Part shown: positions 20,129 to 28,607 of the stretch, one piece after another | Position numbering within the stretch: position 1 is the first letter of the stretch | Layout: every line of letters starts with the position of its first letter | Source: Christensenellales bacterium | GTDB lineage: Bacteria; Bacillota; Clostridia; Christensenellales; CAG-138 | Direction: 5' to 3' | Assembly: GCA_048421225.1 (NCBI GenBank) | Contig: DBFNRV010000089.1 | Coordinates: 1 to 46,245, forward strand | Length of the DNA: 46,245 nt | Made by a program: the position numbers and the translations under genes | Notes under the pieces: generated by a model | What the model was told of the DNA's origin: nothing | Seen by the model: the letters and a program-made list of their open reading frames with translations, nothing else | The model's database searches: none

Positions 20129-21079
20129 ATGTCTGAAATGCTTCACTCTTTGTCCGCCGTCCTGCTGGTACTTATGATTATATCCGTCGGGTATGTGTTT
20201 GGCCGGTTTGGGTGGATGCGAAAAGAGCACAAAAAGTTTGTAATAAAGCTGATTATAAATGTTGGCATGCCAGCGTTATGCGCCTATAATATTTTTACGC
20301 AGTTTTCCAGCGAGATGTTAAGCGGCACGGGCTATCTGGTGCTGCTTCCTATACTGTCAATGGCCACCACCCTTATCCTTGGCGTTTTGCTTTCCAAACT
20401 GCTTAGAATTGAGCGCATACGCAGGGGCGGATTTATCGTGATGTGCGCGTTTTCAAACTCAATCTTCGTAGGACTGCCGATGTGCAGGGAATTGTTTGGA
20501 GAGGCTGCGGTGCCATATGTAATGTTTTTTTACCTTGTCAACACATCGTTGTTTTGGACTATAGGAAATTCATTGATACAGCGTTCTGGTGATAAGGAGG
20601 GTACAAAGCACAGCTTTATAAATGACGCTAAAAGGATGGCGACCCCGCCGCTCATCACGCTGTTGGTCTGCATACCGCTGCTGCTGATTGGATTTGAACC
20701 CCCAAAGCTTTTAATAAGCTTTTGCTCATATCTTGGAAACATAGTTACACCCTTGGCGCTTCTGTACGTTGGATATCTTCTGTTTGAGACGGGTATAAAA
20801 AACATAAGGATAGATAGGGGAATGACGGCTGTATTGCTAATGCGGTTTATTGTTGCCCCGGCAACGATGCTTTTGTTATGCAAAATGGTGGGATTCAGCG
20901 GAATTGGAGAAAGCGTATTTGTTATTGAGGCGGCTATGCCTGTGATGACGCAGGCCGTTGTAGTTGCGTCGAGCGTCGAGGCGGATGAAAGGTATGTAGC
21001 CGCGGGAATGAGCCTGACGACGCTTGCGTGCTTTATAGCGGTGCCGCTTCTGATGCTGGCGGTTGGATCGCTTAGCTAG
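20129..21079 (+). CDS. AEC (auxin efflux carrier) family permease
   Basis: 316 aa with about 10 TM helices. It has the two-repeat architecture with a central hydrophilic loop typical of AEC/malate-permease-like transporters. Confidence 0.8.
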   Translation: MSEMLHSLSAVLLVLMIISVGYVFGRFGWMRKEHKKFVIKLIINVGMPALCAYNIFTQFSSEMLSGTGYLVLLPILSMATTLILGVLLSKLLRIERIRRGGFIVMCAFSNSIFVGLPMCRELFGEAAVPYVMFFYLVNTSLFWTIGNSLIQRSGDKEGTKHSFINDAKRMATPPLITLLVCIPLLLIGFEPPKLLISFCSYLGNIVTPLALLYVGYLLFETGIKNIRIDRGMTAVLLMRFIVAPATMLLLCKMVGFSGIGESVFVIEAAMPVMTQAVVVASSVEADERYVAAGMSLTTLACFIAVPLLMLAVGSLS

Positions 21080-21180
21080 AGCGTATAATATTCTCAATCC
21101 TAAATAATGATATTTATTATAAATGTGTTTGTATAATTCCCTGCTGTTTAGGAAAAACTTATGAACAGGAGGGGATATTT

Positions 21181-21744
21181 ATGCGTATTTTTAACGGTGA
21201 AACTTCAAAGAAGACTATTGTGATGTTGGCATGTATATCAATTTTCATTTTCATGTCAGGACTTGGCATAGGATATCTCGTATTTGGAGGCAGCGAAGCT
21301 GCCGAGCTGCCCAACGATACGGATAACGTAGCAAATATGGGACCAAAGAGCGTGCTCCCTGAAACGAAAGTCATATTTGAATATAGTTTTTTGGAGTGCG
21401 GACATACCATAACCCGTAGCCCGACGGCGTCTTTAACGGGAATGACCGAGGATGAAATAAAAAAGATGTATCCAGGCTATACGATAGTGCAGTTTGCAAA
21501 AGAAAACCTGCTGATGCAGTGTAATATCGAAGGCCATTGTCCGGATCATTATCTGCTTAAGCTGGAAGATGGACGTCTGTATGTATATAGAACCGATGAG
21601 GTAACACTGAAGCCAGAGCAGCTGATGAACCTATCCATCGACGTTACGAGCGTTGACGAAACCGCGGTAGAAGCCCTGTCAAAGGGCATAGCGTTTAGCT
21701 CCCTTTCGGACATAGACATATATCTTGAGAACCTTGATAGCTGA
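21181..21744 (+). CDS. Membrane-anchored BofC-C-terminal-domain-like (sporulation-associated) protein
   Basis: It has an N-terminal TM anchor. The C-terminal HYLLKLEDGRLYVYRTDE...IDVTSVDETAVEALSKGIAFSSLSDIDIYLENLDS parallels the B. subtilis BofC C-terminal pattern (G.+..dG.+.++...ID...L.KGI.F.+..E.+..+E). Confidence 0.45.
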   Translation: MRIFNGETSKKTIVMLACISIFIFMSGLGIGYLVFGGSEAAELPNDTDNVANMGPKSVLPETKVIFEYSFLECGHTITRSPTASLTGMTEDEIKKMYPGYTIVQFAKENLLMQCNIEGHCPDHYLLKLEDGRLYVYRTDEVTLKPEQLMNLSIDVTSVDETAVEALSKGIAFSSLSDIDIYLENLDS

Positions 21745-21758
21745 CGAACCGCCGCCTG

Positions 21759-22238
21759 TCAGTTGTTGCCGTTATGTATGCAGTTGTCTATAGCAATTAC
21801 AATGGCAACGAAAAAGGCGGCGTTGCTGTCATCCTGAACTGCCAGACAGTAGGAATCGCCCCATGACAGCCATTTTTTGTCTATTCGGCCCAGCAGTGAA
21901 CCATTGCACATGATGTCAAAGCACATCCCCCAGATATCCCCGTTTATTTCAAACATGCCGTACTGGCTTTCTATTGAAATGCTGTGGGAAAAAAGCGTAA
22001 AGCGCTTGTGGATTGTCGCGCACTGAACGCCGCCGGAATATATCGCGTACTCCGGCATAAATCTAAGCAGTTTGCGTGTAATAAAGAAAACCTCGCTACC
22101 TGAGGCATCAAAGATATGAAGCTTTGAACCCCAGGTAAAAATCTCTCCCTGAACGCTGAATATAACGTTTCCGTCGCCGTCGGTAACGTTATATCTATCA
22201 CCTATGGAGAACACCTTTTGCTTAATATAGAGCTTCAT
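21759..22238 (-). CDS. LURP-one-related (LOR/YxjI, DUF567) family protein
   Basis: 159 aa. The N-terminal MKLYIKQKVFSIGDRYNVTDGDGNVIF...GSKLHIFDASGSEVFFI is the characteristic LOR family pattern. Confidence 0.7.
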   Translation of the reverse strand: MKLYIKQKVFSIGDRYNVTDGDGNVIFSVQGEIFTWGSKLHIFDASGSEVFFITRKLLRFMPEYAIYSGGVQCATIHKRFTLFSHSISIESQYGMFEINGDIWGMCFDIMCNGSLLGRIDKKWLSWGDSYCLAVQDDSNAAFFVAIVIAIDNCIHNGNN

Positions 22239-22571
22239 GATTCACCTCCTCCTCGCGTTGCCCTTTATATTAATCCAGCCTAAACTTTCTATAAATAATA
22301 GCATTCATCTGGATTCACTTCAATGCTTAAATAACTAATATGTTATCGATCAAAATTTACAAATGCGTATAAAAACCTGATTACAAAGTTATGGTTTTTC
22401 AGACGCTTGTCCTCTCAAATCATCGTTTTCCAACAAATATATCCCCATTATAATAATGTAGGCCCTTTATTTTCTCAACCACATATGTTAGTATCATTCT
22501 GATGCGAAATTATCGCTGTTTATTTTTAAATATGCCCTTTGGTGGGGGCGATATATCGAGGAGGTAAGGTA

Positions 22572-23060
22572 ATGGCCAACGAGAACAGCACTCGGAAGGA
22601 ACAGTTTAAAGAGCTAGACAGAATCATCGAGCAGTGGAAGGATGAGCCTGGCGGCCTGTTGCCCATTATGCAGGGCGCGCAGGAGATAATCGGCTGCGTC
22701 GATGAGGAGGTGCAGAACTACATCTCCGAGAAGACGGGCGAACCAGTTTCTACAATATATGGTGTGGCCACGTTTTATTCACTCTTTACCCTTGAGCCCA
22801 GCGGAAAATATACTATCGGCATGTGCCTTGGCACAGCCTGCTATGTAAGAGGAGCGCAGCTTATAATTGACGAGCTTGAAAAGCAGCTTGGCATCAAGGT
22901 CGGCCGTACCACCGAGGATGGCATGTTTACGCTTAACGCCACGCGCTGTATAGGCTGTTGCGGTCTGGCGCCGGCAATGATGATAAATGACGACGTCTAC
23001 GGCAGGCTGGTGCCCGGAGATGTAAAGGACATCATCGAGAAGCACCGCCAGATGGGGTAA
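22572..23060 (+). CDS. NuoE-like [2Fe-2S] subunit (HydC-type) of an NAD(H)-linked flavoprotein module
   Basis: GGAGG lies upstream of ATG 22572. Cys ligands are in CLGTACYVRG and RCIGCCGLAPAM (thioredoxin-like 2Fe-2S). Confidence 0.85.
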   Translation: MANENSTRKEQFKELDRIIEQWKDEPGGLLPIMQGAQEIIGCVDEEVQNYISEKTGEPVSTIYGVATFYSLFTLEPSGKYTIGMCLGTACYVRGAQLIIDELEKQLGIKVGRTTEDGMFTLNATRCIGCCGLAPAMMINDDVYGRLVPGDVKDIIEKHRQMG

Positions 23061-23064
23061 AACC

Positions 23065-23622
23065 ATGCTGATGAAGGAAATTGCCCTTCATATAATGGAC
23101 ATCGCCCAGAATTCCATAAGCGCCGGAGCAACCCTTATAGAAATTGAGGTTACTGTCGACCACGATAGGGACGCTATTTTTACCTCCGTCAAGGATAATG
23201 GTTGCGGAATGGATGAGGAAACGGTCGGCAGGGTGGTAAGCCCGTTTGAGACGTCACGAACCACGCGCAAGGTTGGATTGGGGATACCGTTTTTTAAGAT
23301 GGGCGCAGAGGAGTGCGGGGGAAAATTTGAACTTAGCTCCAAGCCGGGCGAAGGGACGTATATAAGCGCTTCTTATGCCATATCAAATATAGACCGTCCG
23401 CCCCTTGGGGACATGGCGGAAACGATGCTTGCGCTGGCCGCCTGCAACGAGGGGGTTAACTTTGTATACAGGTATACGGTGGATGAAAAGGAATTTAGCT
23501 TTGACACAAGGGAAATACGCTGTATACTCGGCGAGGGAATACCGCTGAATCTCCCCGATGTAATGGCATGGATGCGTGAATATCTGGATCAGGGCATTGA
23601 AGAATTAAACGGAGGTATATAA
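23065..23622 (+). CDS. Stand-alone GHKL (histidine-kinase-like) ATPase-domain protein
   Basis: 185 aa with N-box IMDIAQNSISAG, G1 box VKDNGCGMDEE and G2 box VGLGIPF. It has no sensor, DHp or receiver domain. It is embedded between the nuoE-like and ferredoxin genes. Confidence 0.7.
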   Translation: MLMKEIALHIMDIAQNSISAGATLIEIEVTVDHDRDAIFTSVKDNGCGMDEETVGRVVSPFETSRTTRKVGLGIPFFKMGAEECGGKFELSSKPGEGTYISASYAISNIDRPPLGDMAETMLALAACNEGVNFVYRYTVDEKEFSFDTREIRCILGEGIPLNLPDVMAWMREYLDQGIEELNGGI

Positions 23623-23625
23623 ATA

Positions 23626-24003
23626 ATGAAATCATTACAGGAACTTGAAGCTATTCGCAAGAAGACGCTTGAAAACATCAATCTGCGTAAGGACCATAAC
23701 GGCACCAGGGTTGTAGTAGGCATGGCGACATGCGGCATTGCTGCGGGAGCGCGGCCGGTGCTTGCGGCATTCATGGACGAGGTAGCAAAGCGCTCGCTAA
23801 ACAATGTGGTTGTCGCCCAGACCGGCTGCATAGGCGTTTGCAGGCTTGAGCCAATAGTTGAGGTATATAAGCCTGGAGAAGAAAAGGTCACCTATGTTAA
23901 AGTCAATCCTGATATGGTTCCGCGTATAGTTACCGAACATATAGTCAACGGCAGGGCGGTTGATGAATATACGATCGGCTATTACGAATCAAACCATAAA
24001 TAA
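23626..24003 (+). CDS. Thioredoxin-like [2Fe-2S] ferredoxin (HydD-type)
   Basis: 125 aa. GMATCGIAAGA and QTGCIGVCRLEP carry the Cys ligands. GGAGG lies upstream. Confidence 0.75.
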   Translation: MKSLQELEAIRKKTLENINLRKDHNGTRVVVGMATCGIAAGARPVLAAFMDEVAKRSLNNVVVAQTGCIGVCRLEPIVEVYKPGEEKVTYVKVNPDMVPRIVTEHIVNGRAVDEYTIGYYESNHK

Positions 24004-24022
24004 GCTGTAGGAGGTTCTTATA

Positions 24023-25819
24023 ATGGATTTTTACCGTTCACAAGTATTGGTATGTACGGGCACCGGCTGTACTTCCTCCGGCTCACCGAACATAATAAAG
24101 AAATTTGAAGAGGAAATAGCCAAGGCTGGCCTTGAAAAAGAGGTTAAGGTAGTACATACGGGATGTTTTGGCCTGTGCGAAACAGGGCCGGTAGTTATCA
24201 TCTATCCGGAGGGAGCGTTTTACAGCCATATCAAGGTTGGCGACGTGGAGCGCATAGTAGCGGAGCATCTGCTCAAAGGCCGTATTGTTACCGACCTACT
24301 CTACAAAGAGAGCGTCACAGAGGAAAAAGAAATCCGTTCGCTGGACGAGGTTGATTTTTATAAAAAGCAAAGGCGTGTTGCGCTGCGCAACTGCGGCGTA
24401 ATCGACCCCGAGAATATTGATGAATATATAGCGTTTGACGGCTATGCGGCGCTGGCAAAGTGCCTGACCGAGTTGTCACGTGATGAAGTCGTTGACATCA
24501 TAAAGAAGTCGGGGCTTCGCGGACGTGGAGGCGGAGGCTTCCCGACGGGATTGAAGTGGCAGCTTGCCAAGCAGCCTGAAAGCGATGTGAAATACGTCTG
24601 CTGCAACGCTGACGAGGGCGACCCGGGCGCGTTTATGGACCGCTCCGTACTTGAGGGCGACCCGCACAGCGTGCTCGAGGCGATGGCCATAGCGGGATAC
24701 GCTATCGGCGCCCAGCAGGGTTATATATATGTAAGGGCCGAGTATCCAATAGCCGTTAAACGTCTGCGCATAGCAATAAAGCAGGCCCGCGAAAACGGCG
24801 TGCTCGGCGACAACATATTCGGAACCGACTTCTGCTTCGACATAGACCTGAGGCTTGGTTCAGGCGCGTTCGTATGCGGAGAGGAAACCGCGCTTTTGGC
24901 TTCAATAGAAGGTCAGCGTGGCGAACCGCGTCCGCGTCCTCCGTTCCCCGCTGTAAAGGGCCTGTTTGGAAAGCCCACGCTTTTAAATAACGTTGAGACG
25001 TATGCAAACGTATGCCAGATAATACTTAAGGGGCCTGAATGGTTTGCGTCCATGGGAACCGAGAAGAGCAAGGGCACAAAAGTTTTCGCTTTAGGCGGAA
25101 AGATCAACAACACCGGACTGGTTGAAATCCCGATGGGGACAACGCTTCGTGAGGTGATTTACGATATCGGGGGCGGTATTCCAAATGGAAAGAAGTTCAA
25201 AGCCGCGCAGACGGGCGGACCTTCAGGCGGATGTATTCCGGCTGAGCACTTGGATATCCCGATCGACTATGACAACCTTATCTCAATAGGCTCAATGATG
25301 GGATCCGGCGGAATGATCGTCATGGACGAGGACAACTGCATGGTAAACATCGCAAAGTTCTTCCTTGAGTTCACGGTCGACGAATCCTGCGGCAAATGCC
25401 CTCCGTGCAGAATCGGCACCCGCAGAATGCTTGAAATACTTAACAAGATAACCTCCGGCAAGGGCGAGCCTGAGGATCTCGACCGCTTGGAAAAGCTTGC
25501 GATAAACATCAAAAACTCGGCTCTCTGCGGATTGGGGCAGACTGCGCCTAACCCTGTGTTGAGCACCTTGCGCTATTTCCGCGACGAGTATGAGGCTCAT
25601 ATATTTGAAAAGCGCTGTCCGGCGGGCCAGTGCAAGGCGCTGCTTAACTATTCGATTGATCCGGACAAGTGCAGGGGCTGCTCACTGTGCGCAAAGGTAT
25701 GTCCTGTCGGGGCTATCACAGGAGAGATTAAGAAGCCGTTTGTGATAGATACTTCAAAGTGCATTAAGTGCGGCGCATGTATGGAAAAATGTAAGTTTGG
25801 CGCTATCAGCAAAAAATAA
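24023..25819 (+). CDS. NuoF-like FMN/NAD(H)-binding iron-sulfur subunit (HydB-type)
   Basis: 598 aa. The N-terminal 2Fe-2S domain has CTGTGC and GCFGLCETGP. GLRGRGGGGFPTGLKW is the NADH/FMN site. ESCGKCPPCR is the N3 4Fe-4S site. The C-terminus has two ferredoxin motifs, CRGCSLCAKVCP and CIKCGACMEKC. Confidence 0.9.
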   Translation: MDFYRSQVLVCTGTGCTSSGSPNIIKKFEEEIAKAGLEKEVKVVHTGCFGLCETGPVVIIYPEGAFYSHIKVGDVERIVAEHLLKGRIVTDLLYKESVTEEKEIRSLDEVDFYKKQRRVALRNCGVIDPENIDEYIAFDGYAALAKCLTELSRDEVVDIIKKSGLRGRGGGGFPTGLKWQLAKQPESDVKYVCCNADEGDPGAFMDRSVLEGDPHSVLEAMAIAGYAIGAQQGYIYVRAEYPIAVKRLRIAIKQARENGVLGDNIFGTDFCFDIDLRLGSGAFVCGEETALLASIEGQRGEPRPRPPFPAVKGLFGKPTLLNNVETYANVCQIILKGPEWFASMGTEKSKGTKVFALGGKINNTGLVEIPMGTTLREVIYDIGGGIPNGKKFKAAQTGGPSGGCIPAEHLDIPIDYDNLISIGSMMGSGGMIVMDEDNCMVNIAKFFLEFTVDESCGKCPPCRIGTRRMLEILNKITSGKGEPEDLDRLEKLAINIKNSALCGLGQTAPNPVLSTLRYFRDEYEAHIFEKRCPAGQCKALLNYSIDPDKCRGCSLCAKVCPVGAITGEIKKPFVIDTSKCIKCGACMEKCKFGAISKK

Positions 25820-25843
25820 CGATTGAGTTTAACAGCTTGGCCT

Positions 25844-25875
25844 AAAGCAGTATCCAGTTAAGGATACTGCTTTTT
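25844..25875 (+). terminator. Rho-independent terminator of the flavoprotein operon
   Basis: 12-bp stem AAAGCAGTATCC/GGATACTGCTTT with a 6-nt loop and a T5 run, 25 nt after the stop. Confidence 0.75.
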
Positions 25876-25952
25876 GATTTGCGGCTTAATTTGATAGAAG
25901 GCAATAATAAGTGTTATAATTACGTACTGCATATATAAAAGAGGGTTTTGAG

Positions 25953-26483
25953 ATGAAAAGACTTTTGTCCTCATTAATTTTGGTTGTGGTATGTATATCG
26001 CTTATACCGGCATGTGGAAAGGGCGTTAACGAACCGGCCAATATTGAGCTTACCTATTCGGACGGCGCAATACGATATATAGTGGCAAAAAACAGGTGGA
26101 ATGGGTCCATATACGACCGCGAGGATACGTTTAAGCTCTTTATTGACGGCGGTTACGGCATTATAGATACCATGGCCGGTGGCGAGATATATATTTGTTT
26201 CCCATCGACGGTCCCTGACAAGGTAAAAATAGAATACTATTTACTAGGAGATAACGAAATGGTGAGTAACCCCAGCTCCGGGCCAAGGGAGATAGAAATT
26301 CATTTTAAGCTTAAAAGGGCCTATTTCGTTATCCCATCAAAAAGCCAGAGTGGAGATTCAGATATGAGCGGCGGGTTGGGAATGGTGGGATTTCGCATTA
26401 CATGTTCATGGGGCGTAAATGAATGCGAATACGCCTTTATAACCAATGTAACGGGCGAGGCGCCGCTATCGACGGACGGGTAA
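25953..26483 (+). CDS. Hypothetical lipoprotein
   Basis: Signal peptide with lipobox (SLIPACG). No family was recognised. Confidence 0.55.
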   Translation: MKRLLSSLILVVVCISLIPACGKGVNEPANIELTYSDGAIRYIVAKNRWNGSIYDREDTFKLFIDGGYGIIDTMAGGEIYICFPSTVPDKVKIEYYLLGDNEMVSNPSSGPREIEIHFKLKRAYFVIPSKSQSGDSDMSGGLGMVGFRITCSWGVNECEYAFITNVTGEAPLSTDG

Positions 26484-27102
26484 GCGGATATAAAAGGATT
26501 GGACCAAATATGTGATTAATAATCTATCCCTATGGAGCGTGTCAAAAGGCTTTTATGATTCCGTTATTTTTATGTCGAGGCCGGCATGATAGAATATCTC
26601 CCTGAACATCTTATTATTTACGCTGGATTGCATGACGCCCAGTTGATACTTTCAGAAATCAAAAGCGTCAGGTTTAAATTTTTGTATATATGCTAGGGCA
26701 TCTCTTTAATATTTATACTAACAAAAACTCCATATATGTGTTTTATCAAATAAATAATATATAAGCAAAGCGGACCGTAACCCCTTTTCTGCCGGTCAGT
26801 CTCACATGTTTTTATACCTATGTAAGCCTACTTATCGCTACTAACAAAAAATGCATTTCACCAATAGAATTTCAGTGAATTAATATTGTAAACCAAATGT
26901 TGCCGCCCGACCGTTATGCACAGCGCTATTGCTCCATCCATAGAAATTGAAATGGCATTGGGAGACCTAGCGTAAACCATAATCGCTATTGTTCCACCAT
27001 TTACGGAGCATTTCAGCGTAGTATCCGCCGCGGTACGAATCAAAACTTTACCGCACTTCTGTTTTCATTATATAAGTTCCTAAAAAGGCGGCAAAGGATA
27101 AA

Positions 27103-27120
27103 GGCCGGCATAAACCGGCC
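27103..27120 (-). terminator. Possible terminator of purB
   Basis: 6-bp GC stem GGCCGG/CCGGCC with a 6-nt loop. On the minus strand it is followed by TTTATCCTTTG. It lies 22 nt past the stop. Confidence 0.4.
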
Positions 27121-27141
27121 AAATGCGTTTGATAGTTAACG

Positions 27142-28578
27142 CTAAACATTAATTGAGTCTTCACCCAGATCAAGCATCCCATCCGATGGGCATACCCTGC
27201 TGCAATCCTTAAGAAACATCTCCACCTGTTCAGAACAGCGGCCTATAAAAGCTTTAGGCTCAAGCGTGACCTCTATCTCCTCCCGCGTAAGGTTGAACTC
27301 ATCATCATTAGCGAGCCTGTCCAGCAGATCGCAGGGTTCGCCTTCCTTCATACGGGCCGCAGCCTCCATCGAGTTGCGCCGTATCACCTCATGCAGGGCC
27401 TGCCTGTCCCCGCCCTTCTTGACAGCGCTCATCAATAGGTTTTCAGTAGCGATAAACGGGAGATATTCATTTACCGCTCTTTCAATAACCTTTGTATTTA
27501 CGACAAGTCCGGTGGTAACGTTTCTCATAAGCCGCAAAACGGCGTCCGTAGCAAGAAAACCCTCCGGAAGGGCTATCCTTCTGTTTGCGGAGTCGTCAAG
27601 CGTTCTCTCAAACCATTGGGTCGACGCGGTCATCGGCGCGTTCACGGCATTTGACATAACGTATCGGGCAAGCGAGCAAATGCGTTCACAGCGCATAGGG
27701 TTGCGTTTATACGCCATAGCCGACGAACCAACCTGATCCGGCTCAAAGGGCTCCTCAATCTGCCTGAGATGCTGCAATAGCCGCATGTCGTTGGCAAAGC
27801 GGTACGCGCTCTGGGCTATAGAGCTTAAAACGTTTAAAATCCTGCTATCAAACTTGCGCGGATAGGTCTGGCCGGAAACGCCGAATATACGGTCAAATCC
27901 AAACTCAGCCGCTATCTGGCGGTTGAGTTCATCCACTTTAGCCCCGTCGCCCTCAAACAGGCTTAAGAAGCTTGCCTCAGTTCCGGTTGTTCCGCGGCAT
28001 CCGAGAAATCTGAAGCTTTCCATTACGGCATCTAGCTCCTCTACGTCAAGAACAAGGTCCTGTATCCATAGACAGGCGCGCTTTCCAACCGTAACGAGCT
28101 GCGCTGGCTGGAAATGTGTATATCCAAGGGTGGGCATGCTCTTATACATGTTGGCAAACTCGGATAGGCGCGCGATAACCGCCACAAGTTCCCGCCGGAT
28201 ATGCAAAAGCGCGTCGCGGTAGATTATAAGATCCGCGTTGTCCGTTACATAGCAGCTGGTGGCCCCAAGGTGGATTATTCCCCTTGCCTTTTCACACTCA
28301 AGCCCATAAGCATATATGTGGGCCATTACGTCATGTCGTATTTCCTTTTCCTTCTTTGCTACAGCGTCATAATCTATTATATCGTTAACGTGCTTTTCAA
28401 GCTCCGCGACCTGCTCGGCGGTAACCGGCAATCCCAGCTGATGTTCCGCGCGTGCCAGCGCTGTCCAAAGCCTCCTCCATGTGCGATATCTCGTATCGGG
28501 AGAAAAAAGGTTGAGCATGTACTCTGATGAGTAGCGGGAACAGAGGGGGCTTTCATACATTTCCTTCTTCATTGACAA
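27142..28578 (-). CDS. purB: Adenylosuccinate lyase
   Basis: 478 aa with the fumarate-lyase signature GSSAMAYKRNPMRCE and the overall PurB pattern. Confidence 0.92.
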   Translation of the reverse strand: MSMKKEMYESPLCSRYSSEYMLNLFSPDTRYRTWRRLWTALARAEHQLGLPVTAEQVAELEKHVNDIIDYDAVAKKEKEIRHDVMAHIYAYGLECEKARGIIHLGATSCYVTDNADLIIYRDALLHIRRELVAVIARLSEFANMYKSMPTLGYTHFQPAQLVTVGKRACLWIQDLVLDVEELDAVMESFRFLGCRGTTGTEASFLSLFEGDGAKVDELNRQIAAEFGFDRIFGVSGQTYPRKFDSRILNVLSSIAQSAYRFANDMRLLQHLRQIEEPFEPDQVGSSAMAYKRNPMRCERICSLARYVMSNAVNAPMTASTQWFERTLDDSANRRIALPEGFLATDAVLRLMRNVTTGLVVNTKVIERAVNEYLPFIATENLLMSAVKKGGDRQALHEVIRRNSMEAAARMKEGEPCDLLDRLANDDEFNLTREEIEVTLEPKAFIGRCSEQVEMFLKDCSRVCPSDGMLDLGEDSINV

Positions 28579-28607
28579 TTCTCCTTATTGTAAAGTTGAA
28601 GCGACTA

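Noticed and set aside
22239-22571. Searched the leader of the flavoprotein operon for a Rex operator (TTGTGAA-N6-TTCACAA-like) and for a clear sigma-A promoter
   Set aside because: I found no convincing palindrome of that type by eye. Only AT-rich sequence with partial matches was seen, so nothing is reported.
26858-27043. 61-aa minus-strand ORF in the purB-downstream gap
   Set aside because: It has a TTG start without a Shine-Dalgarno and lies out of frame with the nearby ATG mini-ORF. I treat it as a possible gene remnant (see findings) rather than a CDS.
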